Shown: positions 32,391-44,704, counted from the first letter of the stretch. The stretch: DNA of 64,000 bases from Diplonema japonicum (GCA_964019335.1 OZ025700.1:124001-188000); one strand, 5' to 3'. The notes: a model not told the origin generated them from the letters alone. Translations and numbers: made by a program.

Positions 32391-35300
32391 CTAGACAACA
32401 GCAAGCGGTGTGGGTACTGGTGTTAGCTCGTTCATAGAACGTGTGCCTGATGGAAAAAAAAGTAAAAAAAGAACAACCCCCCCTAACAACATACCAGGTG
32501 TTGTTGGTGCTTCTGTCTCGGCTCTTGTGTACCGCGTGGGTCTCCGCATGTGCGTGACAAGGATCACAAGGACGACTATCGTGGCAACGACTAAGACTGT
32601 GCTGATGATAACAGCCGTGACTATCCACTGTGCGTTGGGTGCGAAGAGAAAAAAAAAAAAAAAAAAAAGGAAAACATACTCCTTTGATGGATTCCTGTTC
32701 TTTTGCTTGCTCTTGCACGACCTCCACTTTGGCTTGCGAAACCTTCTCAATAGCAAACGGTGTCAGCTCGTGCTGCGTGTCATTCTTTGCTGCTGCGATC
32801 TCACTGTTCAACGTGACAAGCACTTCGCTATCTGTGGTCTCGGCTTTGTTCTCTGTGCCAAATTCCACATATGAATGGAACACCTCTGCAACCGCCGCCT
32901 TCCTTGCGCTGCTATCATATGTAACACCGCTCAGGCACCCCAGCGACAACTTGTCCACTTCCAGATCAGGGCACACGTCATGTGGGCACGCTTCCTCCGG
33001 GCAGATCCAGTACATCGATGTGCGCTGTACTTCGCTCGACAACACAGATGTGACTACAGCTTCGAAATCAGCTTTTTTGAAAGCTCCCATGTGGTGTCGC
33101 ATCTTCATTCTGAACACTGACTTCATGATCTTTACCCACCCATTCACCAACGGTGTTGGGGTGGCCCCCGTTTTGCACTTGCACCCTGCACACAACGTTG
33201 GGTTCCCGTCTGTGCCGCACCATTCTCCGCACTGTTCGGGTTCCCACGTTCCTGCACATTCTGCTTTTTTTACGCACTCGCATAGCTGTACTTCTCCAGA
33301 ACTGCAAACCGTTGAAGTCTCTGGGTACGTGCACATCGCGTTGCACCTGTTGCTCAATTGAAGCTCATTTCCAGCAACGGTTTCCTTATACCTGCTGCAC
33401 TCCGAGACAGTCCCGCCCTCGCAGGCGCCTGGCCCTATGCACGACACGGAACCACCGCTTAGCCCCACGCACGACCTGCCCCCACTGCACTTCACATTGC
33501 ACGTCCCAGGGATGAGGCAGTGCACTGCCATGTCCATGCAGGACTCGTACCCACCACATGTAATACTGCAGCCCGACAGGGGGCAGTGGAGGGTGCTCCC
33601 CTTGCAAGAGTGAGTCGACGTGCAGTCGAGTGACGTGACCGCACTAGCCGCTCCCCAGAAGAAGGTAGCGTTGAGGCACGCATCTTGGGACAGGCATGAA
33701 GCACTGCATGAAGAAGAGCTACAGGTATGATTCGTCGAAAAGCAAGAAGCGACAGCACCGCATGTGAGCTGGCACGCGGCACTGTTGCATTCCATGGTGC
33801 TAGATGTGCAGGACAGCAGGCCTGTGCACTCCGTGTGGCAAAAATTTGTGCTTTTCGTGCATGTCAATTGCTGATCAGCACACGACAAAACACCCTTGCA
33901 ACCAGTGTAGAGTGTCTCGCTGAGATCGCTGCCGATAGTAGCAGATCTGCAAGACGCAGTGTCCGTGCACAAAACAGAACAGGGCCCGATGCCGCAACGC
34001 AGGCTTGTGGCTTCGCACTCTTTGAAAGAATTGCACAGGACGTTACACGATTGACAGTTACACGCTTCATGGGGAGGACACGGCATGGGGATGGCTTCTG
34101 GTGCCATAGAGGAACAGGCGCATACACCCATGTCCTCAGAACATACAGCACTCGCGACGGCCTCTGGTCGATTGCACCACAATTGGCAGGAGGCATCATC
34201 TACACTAATGCCAGCCCACTTAGCACATCGCATTGTTGTGGGTGCTGGTGTCGAGGCGCCGCCAGAAGCGCTGCAGTCGCACACCTGGCGCGGACCCGGC
34301 TGGCACCTCGCGTCTTGTGGACTCTTCCCGCACACAGCAATGCACCACGAGTCTGTCATTAGTGACACTACTGATGTCCATGTGCACGAAAGTGTCGCCA
34401 TAGGCTTCTCAGGCACGGGCTGCACTACTGAAGTGCACTTGCAGAAGTCATCACAGAAGGATTCCGACCCAGGGAGTAGACATACTTCTTGGCAGATAGG
34501 TTCATCTCCAAAAACTAACACCCCCACATCCGAAGCCACCCACCCGACACACGTAAATGAAGACGTGGTAGCGACCATGCTGGCCCCGACGGCACCAGCG
34601 CAAGAATCATGGCCCAGGCACAGCAGCTTGGCACCAGGTGCCTTTAAATTTTCACATGACTTGAAGCCATGGCACTCAACTACACAATCAAGCCCCGAAG
34701 GGCACTCTAACGAGGCACCGCTACAAGACAATGTGTCTTGGCACTCCAGTGTAACGGAGCCTCTCGATTGTCCCCACAAGAATTTTGTGTTTTGACATGA
34801 AAATGGTGACTCGCACTTCGCACGGCATGCGCCGCCGCTGCAAGTGTGGGTTACATTGCTACACCCCTGCTGACCTTTGCATGATAAGTCACATGTGCTG
34901 CTCTTGCACACGATAGAGCTGTACTCGCATGAATACGATCCATCGCAGTTCACGGCACACGACTTGGCGTTGGGACCGCAAAGCATTGAGGGGCTTGTGA
35001 CCGACGGGAGCTGCTTGCATGCCATGTAGCCAGCACAGTCTACCGAGCACCTCTCTGCCTCTGTGTCGCATGTATAGGTAGACGATAAGCAGGCCAAGTC
35101 CCCCTCGCACTTCATGTCACAGTACGCCCCGCCGCTGCCACAAACCATGTCACTGCGTGTGCATTCCTTCGCCCCACTGCATCGAAAAACACAGTCAGTA
35201 TTGGAGCTGCACGCGCAATTGCTCCCGTCGGCGCACTGCAGCAACGAGGGTGGGTTGCGGCACTCGCACAATGGAAGCACGCCCTGCTTCCCAACACAAT

Positions 35301-36798
35301 AGGCGTCGTTCCCAACGCCGCTGCACATGGCGGTGCACCACCCCTGCGTAATGTTGCCGATGTTGAAAGATGCGATGGACGGGACCCAAGTTGTGCAATT
35401 GGTAGGTCTGCATTGGCACTCGGTGAAGCACACCGCACCTGGGCAGTTTGCATCACACCACACTTGAGACTTCGATCCACCAGGTTTGGCTTGGTATTTG
35501 CTTGAGAGACAAGTTGGCCCCGAAGTAGGAACAGAGGTCCGTGGAGCGAGTGTGTCTGGGGATGGTGTTTCTGGTGAGTGAGTAGTTCCTGGCACAAGTG
35601 TATCGGGAATAGGCGTGTCAGGTGCATCCGTGTCAGGTGCAGGTGTATCAGGAATGGGTGTGTCAGGTGCATCAGTGTCTGGCGCGTACGTCGTACCCGG
35701 TATAAGGGTAGCAGGTATGTCTGTATCTGGTGCTGGTGTGTCAGGTGCATCCGTGTCAGGTGCAGGGGTATCAGGAGCCGGGGTATCAGGAGCCGGCGTA
35801 TCTGGCGCCGGTGTATCTGGTGCATCCGTGTCAGGTGCAGGGGTATCGGGTGCTGGTGTATCCGGCGCAGGGGTGTCGGGAGCTGGCGTATCCGGTGCAT
35901 TCGTGTCTGGCGCATCAGTGTCTGGCGCATCAGTGGCTGGTACGTAGACATAATTTTTAAGATCGTTGTGGCAAGAAAGGGGTGTGAGGCACACTGCCGT
36001 GATCTTCCCGCTCAACTTCGAGGCGTCCATCAGTTCGCATGCATAGTCCACGGTGCATTGTATAGTGCAGGTTGTGCCGACAGGCAAGTTCGTAGGGCAG
36101 GCAAGCGTCAACGAACTACAAGCCTGGTTGTGAGTGCATTGTATCAAGCAGTTCTGGTTATCAGGGCAGGTGATAGAGCCCCCCTTGCATGCCTGGACGT
36201 TGTGGCAGTTGACGGAAAGTGCCCCTGTGACGGCCTTCAGTTTGAAGTCGGTGCACGATGAGGATTCCTTGCATTCATAAGCGCTGTCGCCCGATGGCTG
36301 GGCCGTGTGGTCGGTGCTGGTGCAAGAGTTGATACCATTGCAGATGAAGCCGCATTTCAACGCTTCGCAGCGGGAAACGATGGAGTGGCAGCTATTCTGG
36401 CCGTCGCAGGTGGTCTTGCAGTTTTGGACAGCTGGGCTGCAGTAATGCCCGAAAGCAGCGCCTGCTGCTGTCGGCGGGTTGGGGTCGGGGATGAGACCTC
36501 TACACGAGTCAAGCTGACCACACCGTGTAAGACAGTCCTTTGTATTAGAGCACTCAACATGGCCCCCCTCACACCCACTGACACCTGTGCACTCCAGGTT
36601 GCATATATCCCCTCCTACGCACCGGAGTGACGATCCCTTGCACTCGTCCGTTCCATCGCACAGGTACTGGCAATTCGAACCCACTGCAGTGGTGTCGCAG
36701 TCACACCCCGCACCAGCACTGCACATCGCTTGGAACCCATCAGCCCATACCACAAGGATGCACAACACCAGTACCCGGAGCAGCGCTATACAAACCAT
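32391..36798 (-). CDS. Giant Cys-rich type I surface protein B (3 exons)
   Basis: Signal peptide, CxGxxSC repeat blocks, PDTPA stalk and a YWICPEEAC domain homologous to HWTCPLTAC. Introns 32628-32679 and 32447-32494 restore the TM helix (ESIKGWIVTAVIISTVLVV...) and the stop at 32391. Confidence 0.88.
35560..35940 (-). repeat. Coding 15-bp PDT(P/D)A tandem repeats
   Basis: ~20 APDTP/APDTD units in protein B. Confidence 0.9.
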
Positions 36799-36968
36799 CT
36801 GGTCCAGGAGACCCCTAGTGTACTGCAGAAATAATGAACCGTATTCAAAAAAAAAAAAAAAAAAAAAAAAAAACCCAAAAAGAGCAAGCTAGGGAACGGG
36901 TAAGGGAGAGGTGGGTAGAGGAAAGGGGGGGGGGGGGGGGGGGGGTGTACGTGGTGCGCTACCATATA

Positions 36969-38239
36969 CTAGTAGTCGTCTTCATGGTAACAGGCACCCA
37001 TTTCTTCGTAGTCCTTCTCGAGGTCCGCGAGGTTTTCGAACGCTTCGGTGAACTCACCCTCCTCCATGCCCTCCCTGATGTACCAATGCACAAAAGCCCT
37101 TTTGCTGTACATCAGTGAGGACTTGTGGTGGACTCTACCGAAAAGCTCCGCGATGCAGGTGTTGTTGCCGATCATCGATGCACAGCGCGACGACTCAACG
37201 GCGCCACAAGGGTTCACACCGTATTTAATATCACGGGGCTCCCATTCTACAAACTGAACGTGTTTCCCTACAACGCTGTCAAGGGCCGCTCCAGCGTCAG
37301 CAGTGGCAACGTCGCCACGATACATAACACAACATGCGGAGTACCTTCCGTAGCCTGGGTAGCTTTTCACCGCGAGGTTGCGTGATTCAAAAGCTGACTT
37401 GGTGATCTCTGCTGTGCTGCATTGTAGAGCAGCGACGGGCGGACACGACGCTAGCAAAAAATGTATTCTCGGAAACTGCACGAGGCCACCTTGAAGCTCA
37501 GCGAGGCTCCTGTTCAAACCACCACCAAACCGCACAGAAGAAGTGAGGTTCGACACCGTTCGCGTAAAGACACGGCCCACGTCGTCATTGGTAGGCATTT
37601 CAACGTTTAGATGCCTCCATACAATATCATGCAAAGCATCAGTTTCGAAAGGAAGCGCAAGGTCTGTATGTTCAAGTAGATGATGTGACGCTAAAAGCGC
37701 GTTATAAGGCTCAACAAGAGATGACGCAGTTCGAGGAGAAGGGTACACGGGTAATGAGAGTTTAATTTTATCAGGGTATGCAGACGAAATGCGGTCTAAC
37801 AAAACCGACGCCAAGCCCGATCCGGTCCCCCCGCCTACGGAGTGGAATATAGCAAACCCTTCGAAACATGAAGTTGCTTCGGTTATTTTTCGTAGTTGTT
37901 CGAGGCAGGCGTCTGCCAGGGGTGATGTGCGGTATCCCCTTGCGAAGGTGCTCGCTTCGTCTTCGTTCAGCCCGATGAGCTGTTCGCCGTGAAACAGCTC
38001 CCTGCACTCTCCCGTTTTTATATCGTCCATTGTAGTTTCTTGCACGTCAGCGAACAATGCTCTTGGAAGCCATTTGCCTGATTTTTCTTCAGCGAAGAAG
38101 CTTTCCAACCTCCCACAGATGCTGTCATGAGAGCATATCGTGCCATCGTGGGGGTGGAGGCCGTGTTCCGAACAGTACAGCTCCCAGCATGCGGTGCCGA
38201 GCTGGCAACCAGTTCCTCCTTTGAAATTATTTCTCGCAT
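36969..38239 (-). CDS. Highly divergent alpha-tubulin paralog with a frameshift after codon 6 (recent pseudogene or sequence error)
   Basis: ATG 38239 gives MREIIS. The frame then shifts to GGTGCQLGTACWELYC..EHG, PRALFAD, GGGTGSG, VEPYN, FPRIHF and KRAFVHWY..EGMEEGEF, ending in Tyr. Confidence 0.85.
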
Positions 38240-38785
38240 TTTTTTTTTTTTTTTTTTTTTTTTTGTGTGTTCCTCCCCCTCCCTTTTTTGTGAACGGTAC
38301 AATGAAAAGAAATATAGGAGAAACATTGCAAAAAAAAAATAAAAAAAACAAGAAAAAAAACTTTTCTTTCTCCATTTTTTTTTTTTTTTTTTTTTTTTTG
38401 CTGGGTAACCCGAGGGTAAGGGGGATGTGCAGGGACATAAGAGGATGTGGAGAACAATGGAAAAAAAAAAAAAAAAAAAAAGCTGTGGTCAGGCAGAAGA
38501 GGGTGGGGGGAGGGAGGGTAAGAGGGTATTGCTGCGGAAAAAGGAAAGTGAGGCAAAACACAACTTTCTTTTGAAATATTTGGCTTATCATTTTATTTAT
38601 TTGTTTCTCCCCCCCCCCTCCCGACATATTTTCTGTGTTTCGATAGATCGACACCGCACGCTCAGGCCACCTCTCTCTTCAGTGCCTTTCAAATGTCTAT
38701 CATCGAAAAAAAAGGGTCAAAAAGAAAATGGTGGTTTGCCTCGGGGTTTTTGATGACAGAAACTTTTCTGAGAAGAAAAACAAAA

Positions 38786-38818
<33 letters not shown>

Positions 38819-38879
38819 AAGAGAAGGGATGCTTGCTATAAAAAAACTCGATAAAATTTCAGTGTGCATGGGGGTGCTC

Positions 38880-40440
38880 ACTGTTCAGGTAGAAATTCAC
38901 ACTAATCGGTCACCGTTCTGCGGTTGCTGTCTGGTGCCTGCGGTGGCTGCTTGTCGCGATGAGATGGACGGCATCTGGGCGAGAAACATTGCTTGGAGTC
39001 GAGGTACACGTCATCCGCGAAAGTGACTAAGCTCCTGGTACTTCCGTCATCACGCACTTCACCATCACCGACACCAGGCGTTCACCATGATTACCGAGAT
39101 GGGGCACCCTTGCAGGATACCATTCGTCACCCGGAACTCTGAGCCAACACCTGTCGGGAAACGGAATCGCCGCTTCAGGTTCGCATACATAGCTTTCAAG
39201 GGGGTCAGTCACCACCCACGTCTGCCTGCCACCATGCCTGTGCAGCTTCTTCCTCACCGTTGCTGGCCACCCGGAACGGCTCAGCTTGCCCTCGAGCTCC
39301 AGCCCGTTCATTGTTCATCGTAGTGGGCACCCTCCAGCAGGTCTACGGCGGTCGCTGTTGTCTTCAGATCTGCATGGCGGTCCTTGAGGATCTGCCTTGC
39401 GGTGTTGAGTCCGTCCTTTGGCACCCGAACGCCGTACGTGACAGTCTTGCTCGATTTTTTCAGGGTCAAACCCCATCCGCCGATGTCATTCTTCATCTTC
39501 AGGGCAACCTTCAGAGCCGACGGAAACGCCGTCCTCTCCGCTGCGCGTTAAGATCGCCTTAACGTCTTCCTTCTTTACCGTGATCGGTATTTCTAAAATA
39601 CCGTCCTTCTTTCTGCCCCTCTTAGCGAGGTACCTCCCTGCGCGTTCTCTCAGCCATGCCAGCAGACGCGGCCGAGCCTTCTCGGCGTCCTGCGTCGTCT
39701 CGCCAGGAGAAAAAGCTCTGCAGTGCACGTGGGCTCAGGCTCCTTCTCCTCCGTCTCCTCCATGTCCTCGACAGTCTCGCTAGTGGGCATTGCCGGGTCG
39801 CCGTGCCTTGCCGTCACGTACAGGCGCCTGTACGTCTTGCCACGTCCCTCGTTTGTCACCAGGAGGACCTCCGCCATCTTACCGCAGAAGTAGGGTAATC
39901 GTCCCCAGGAAACCACCGTCACCGCTGCCGTCCCCTTCAGCCACTCTGCCGCCTGTCGCTCATCACCCTGCGGCACCAGGTACACCGCGTGCTCTTGCAC
40001 CGTCTCCGGGCCCTGCCACTCCTGCACGTGGACCTGCCACTCATCTCCATCGAGACATCCCTCGACGGGCTTGCGTACTTCTTTCTTCTCGGGCTTCGAA
40101 ACACCTCGGCTCGCGCCAGGGCATTCACCGCCATCCGATCTCCCCACGTCCCCGGAAGAGCCACCAGCCTCTGGTACTCCTTCCACGCCCCCTCCAGGTC
40201 TGCCGCCACTGCCTCCCTTAGGGCAGCGGCCCCGTCTCGCGCTCCGTGCACCGTGTATGAGGCTGCTTCATACAAGCAGTCTCCCGGCCTCCTCCCCACG
40301 TCTTGGACCTTCCAGCCCATCCCCAGCCTGCCGGCTAGGTCGCCCACCGCTTCTCCTTGCCTGGTGGATTCGCCAGACCCCCCTTTTGAAGGAGCCTGCC
40401 CGCCCTCGTGGAGGCTCCACCTCGGCCTTTTGGTGGCATT
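38880..40440 (-). mobile_element. Internally deleted, frameshifted non-LTR retrotransposon relic (OTU protease + RT remnant)
   Basis: GC-rich island with broken ORFs. OTU-like DVGRRPGDCLYEA...LREAVA...GTWGD near the 5' end. RT-like ...VMVKCVMTEVPG/VTFADDVYL, with FADD at 39010-39021. Confidence 0.7.
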
Positions 40441-41213
40441 TTGTCTTCGCGACTTTTGATGTTAAAAACCCGAAACCCAGTGTTCCCTGTAAAAAAAGAT
40501 TTTCTTTTTTTTTTTCTTTTTCCGTGTGCCGGATTGGAATTCTTCGTTTCTTTTATCTTCGGAGTTACTTTTATTTTCCGCCGTTTTTTTTTCTACCAAA
40601 ATACCCCCCTTTTTTTTGCATTGTCTACTTTTCTTTTTTTTTTTTGCATACCACGTTGGCACAGTGCCGACAAACTGACGGATTCAGAGATAAAGAAAAT
40701 ATTTTTTTTGGGGGGGAGGGGAAAGAAATCAACAGAGATCCCCACCTTCAGCGTACTGGCCTTTTCTTTTTTTTTTTTTTGGGTTCTCTTCTTTCTTGAG
40801 ATCGTCATAAAAGAACTTAAGACAAATTAACGCGTCAGCCATTTTGACAAAAAAGAATACCCTCTAGGAAGGGTTATATATTTTGAACAGGGAGGAGACA
40901 CACAAATAAGAAAAAAAAGAAGGGGGGGAAAAAAGGAGCCAGCCTTCAAGTTGAAAAGTAAGGGATCTATACTTGGCGAGTCTAAGGGGAAAAAAAAAAA
41001 AAAAACAAGATTTAGCTTCGTCTTGTTCCTTTATTTCTTCTTTTCTTTTTTTTTTTTTTCGTTCTTTTTTTTTTTTGTTTCTCATTCTTTCACGATACTA
41101 AAAAACAATGTATGCCCCCCCTCCCCCCCCCCCCCCCCCCACCAATAGTTTTTTTTCTTTCCTCAATCGAAATCGTACAAGGGAATAAGGAAAAAAAAAA
41201 AAACTCAAAGTCT

Positions 41214-41535
41214 TCAGTCTTCCTCAGGACTGTGCAGTTGGTGTCTTCTGCCGCCGTGTAGAGGGACGGCTTCCCACCTTGGCTCCTCGCCCAACACCTT
41301 TGTCAAGGAGCACAGTCTTCCTCCTCCGATGTCCGACTCACGAAGCGCTAGCCCCGGCTTTTCTGTCTCTGCTAGCTCGCGCGCTACCTTCAACGTAGGT
41401 ACCTTTAGGAGCCAGGCGACGGGGGACTTCGCCACGCCCTTCGGTTTGATGAAGACCCCTCCCCCCCCCCCCCCCCCCCGGGTGCTTACGAATCCGTCGA
41501 GGCTGCCGCTCGGTGTCGTCGCGAGCACGTCAACT
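41214..41535 (-). mobile_element. Small fragment of a related retroelement ORF
   Basis: GC-rich island without an ATG. G..GVFIKP...VAWL...GL parallels RSGEDGVSV...WGL in the 39.3-39.7 kb relic. Confidence 0.4.
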
Positions 41536-41647
41536 CAAAAAAAAAGGGGGAAACCCAGTGGGGGGGGAGAAAGAAAAATATGTTTTTTTTTTTTTTTTGA
41601 TAGAAATAAAAAAAAAAAAATAAATAAAAAAAACTCACATCTCTCTT

Positions 41648-43271
41648 TTACTTGGGTTTCGTCTTCCCTGCCCCGGTGCAGCATCCAAAGAATCCGCTTG
41701 GTTTTTGTTGAACCTGCTTCCTCGCTGGCTTTGCAGGCTTTTTTTGCTGCGGGGGAGGTGGGGGTGCTGGTTCTGCAAGGAGGAGTCTTGCCTTCAGCGT
41801 CTTTTCATCACACAAGAGCCCCAGGTCATCCCTACCGACCAGGCAGCTTACTGTAAAAATAAGGTGCACTGGAGTATAATAGTCAAATTGTGTGTGGTCA
41901 GTCACCGTCACCACGAGGTTGGGCATTGTGAAGAATCCCATTTGGTCCACAATTGACTCGCCCCCCTCTAGCGCAATGAAGCTGGTAGTTGTAGATGCAG
42001 TCAGCCTGACCTCAAAATCTTCGGTGAACGTAGAATCTCTTCCTTTGCTATCGACAAGCTGGAACGTAAGTTCTGGAAGCTTCGCTATGGCCACCTGTAC
42101 ACCGTCTACAAACTCCGGCTTGATAATCATCTTTCTAACCTGACAAAAAAAAATCTTTTTTTCAAAAAAAAATCCAGCATACCCCACCCCCGTTCTTAAA
42201 ATAGCATTTATCGGTGTACTTGATATTGCTGGCCTCGCTGTAGAACCAATCCTTGAGTTGCTCCTGCGTCATCTCGTCCCCACCACAAGGGAGGACGAGT
42301 TTGATCTCTTGCGTGCAGTATGGGCAGTTGTACACGTTCCTTTTTTTTTTTTTTTTTCTTTTTTTTTTTTCCCCACCCAACACATACTTATATCTCAAGA
42401 ACCTCAGCAAGCAAACGTAGTGGTAGTTGTGGGAACAGCTTGTTGTGAGCCCTTCGTTGTTGATGATGGTGTCGAGGCAGATTGGGCACTCGTCGTCTTC
42501 GTCAACAGGTGCTGGGGTAATCTTGTTCATAGACTGGTGGAGGCCCCTCATGGAGTCGGAAGAGTGAAGTATAAACTGTTCATTTTGCTTGGCCATGTTG
42601 ATGGTGCCGCTGCCTCGCAGCCTGATGGCGCTTTGATGTGCTGCGTCGAGCATGCGAGTAAGCCCCGCATCACGTTTCATTTCATAGATGGGCTCGATCG
42701 AGATACTTTGGCTTCTCCCGGATCGCATCCGAAATTCCACTGTTGTGCTCTTTCTCCGTTGAAGGATTGCTGTGTTGTTCATTCCACTGTACCCGCTTAG
42801 CCCGCCGAGGGTGTTGTTGTGCACCGTAAGCTTGTCCTGATCCTCGCTCCGGCTTCTTGTTACACTGCTAGCACTACTATGGGAACTGCAGTCTCCCGTT
42901 GTTTGCAAGCTCTGTTCGTGCCTTCCAAGCTCTGCAGGAGGTGGTGTTGGTAAGAGATCGATATCCAGCTTTGAATCCAGCTTTGAATCTGGTGTTGCCG
43001 AGAAGGGCTGGGTTGAAGGTGTAGCTGCGGGTTCCTGGTTGGGAACCGGTGTGGAAACCGGGACCTCCTCTTCAGGAACGGGTTTTGTTTCTTCGGGAAT
43101 AGGTGTGGCAGGAATTTCTTGTTCTTCCGGGGCCGGAACCTCCTCTTCAGGAACCGGTTTTGTTTCTTCGTGAACAGATGTGGCAGGAATTTCTTGTTCT
43201 TCCGTGGCCGGAACCTCCTCTTCAGGAAGGGATTTGGTCGGAACCTCCTCTTCGGGAAGGGGCGTCGCCAT
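41648..43271 (-). CDS. RING-H2 zinc-finger protein with acidic PEEEVP repeats (3 exons)
   Basis: CPICLD...CSHNYHYVC...CPYC. Introns 42340-42387 and 42140-42182 join the two track ORFs. C-terminal GFFGCC. Confidence 0.85.
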
Positions 43272-43283
43272 TGTGGGACCCTT

Positions 43284-43328
<45 letters not shown>

Positions 43329-43391
43329 TGTTAATGTGGTTGTGAAATAATATTCTTTTTGAAAAAAAAAAAAAAAAAAAAAAAACTATTT

Positions 43392-43811
43392 CTAGGAGAA
43401 GAAACACCTTGTTGTTTGTCGGGCAAACACGGTGTTGTTGTTGATAAAAAGACTTTCGATGACCATGTTCCCCGATAGTGCCTCTGGGGGTATCATGTCG
43501 GGGGCTGCTTTCATCGTTGCCGTCCAAGTGTTTGTCGAATTGGGGATCACGTAGCCAAACGTGAAGTTCCACGCCTCGAGCTCTTCCCCCCCGAGCAGCA
43601 CCTTCTGCTGGATTCGAAGCATCTGGTGCTCTTCTTTGCTGCTGAAGCTCATTGCTCTGTTCACCACCCCGCACTTCACGACGCTTGTCGGAAGCGTCAC
43701 AGTCATCTCTTCTTTGAACGGGTCCACTCCATTCCAATCCACCTTGCACAACTCCTCACCTGTCTCCTCATTGGAAAATGCTAGCCAGTTAATTTGGATC
43801 CCGTGATCCAT
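43392..43811 (-). CDS. PDE6D: PDE6-delta-like prenyl-binding protein
   Basis: INW...ETG, KC..V.R...FSS, W.F.FGYVIPNSTNTW and LSGNMVIES match PDE6D. Confidence 0.9.
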   Translation of the reverse strand: MDHGIQINWLAFSNEETGEELCKVDWNGVDPFKEEMTVTLPTSVVKCGVVNRAMSFSSKEEHQMLRIQQKVLLGGEELEAWNFTFGYVIPNSTNTWTATMKAAPDMIPPEALSGNMVIESLFINNNTVFARQTTRCFFS

Positions 43812-44045
43812 TTCCTTTCTTCCCCCTACCCCCTGCTTATGTGTGTTTTGTGTTTTTTTTTTTTTTTTTTTTTGTTTTCCCCTTCTTTTTCCAGCAAGAA
43901 TCTCATCGAGAACAAAAAATAAAAAAAAAATATAAAAAATATTTTTTTTTTTTTCTGATTTTTTTTTTTTTTTTTGGTTTATTTTTTTTTTTTCAATGTT
44001 TCACTTTCGCCTTATTTTGTTTTTTTCTCCTGAAGAGAAAACAGC

Positions 44046-44417
44046 TCACAGGGCAAGAGCGAACCTCCTCTGGGGGAAGGCAGCGGCCATCCTGGCGTCA
44101 CGTGCGGTCTTCCTGGAGAACTCGTGGTGCTTGAGGGCCCTCCTCTTGGCGCGGGTCTGCTTCCTCTTGAGGTCGGTAGGCCTGAACTTCTTGCCCCTGT
44201 AAAGCTTCCTGAGGGCGGTCCTCTGGTTGCAGTTGAGCACGGTAAGGGTCTTGGCAACCGACTTCCTCACGGTCTTGATCTTCGACACCTTTGAGGCGGG
44301 TCCGCCGGTCACCTGGGCCACCTTCAGGGCGCTGAGCTCGGTCTTCAAATCGTCCAGCTGCTTGAGAAGCTCCTCCTTACCCTTGGTCCTGAGCTCGTGG
44401 GATTTAACCTTAACCAT
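44046..44417 (-). CDS. RPL35: 60S ribosomal protein L35 (uL29)
   Basis: KVKSHELR.K.KEELLKQLDDLKTEL..LKVAQVTGG..SK.SKI..VRKS, 123 aa. Confidence 0.97.
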   Translation of the reverse strand: MVKVKSHELRTKGKEELLKQLDDLKTELSALKVAQVTGGPASKVSKIKTVRKSVAKTLTVLNCNQRTALRKLYRGKKFRPTDLKRKQTRAKRRALKHHEFSRKTARDARMAAAFPQRRFALAL

Positions 44418-44704
44418 TTTGTGAGTGAAAAAAAGGCGAAAAGGGGTTCAACTGTGAGTGGGAAAATACTTTTTGTCGAGGCAAGGAGAAAAATATATTG
44501 GAATAATAATAATAAAAAAAAAAAAAAACTCTATATGGAGGAGGGAAAAAGGGGGAAAAAAATCTTAATTTATAAAAAGGAATAATAAAAAAATAAAATA
44601 AAAAAACGTTGAGGGGAAAAAAATGTTAGGAAAAAAAAAAAAATAGAATATCTAAACAACAACAACAGCGGGACTAAACAAAAACAAAAAAAAAAAATCA
44701 AAAT

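Noticed and set aside
35560-35940. Regular short repeats resembling a CRISPR or satellite array
   Set aside because: In-frame coding PDTPA repeats without unique spacers, in a eukaryotic context with no cas genes.
38405-38440. Upstream MSLHI segment as an alternative first exon rescuing the tubulin frame
   Set aside because: The available GT donor is phase 2 while the AG acceptors near 38220 need phase 1, and MREIIS is clearly the ancestral start.
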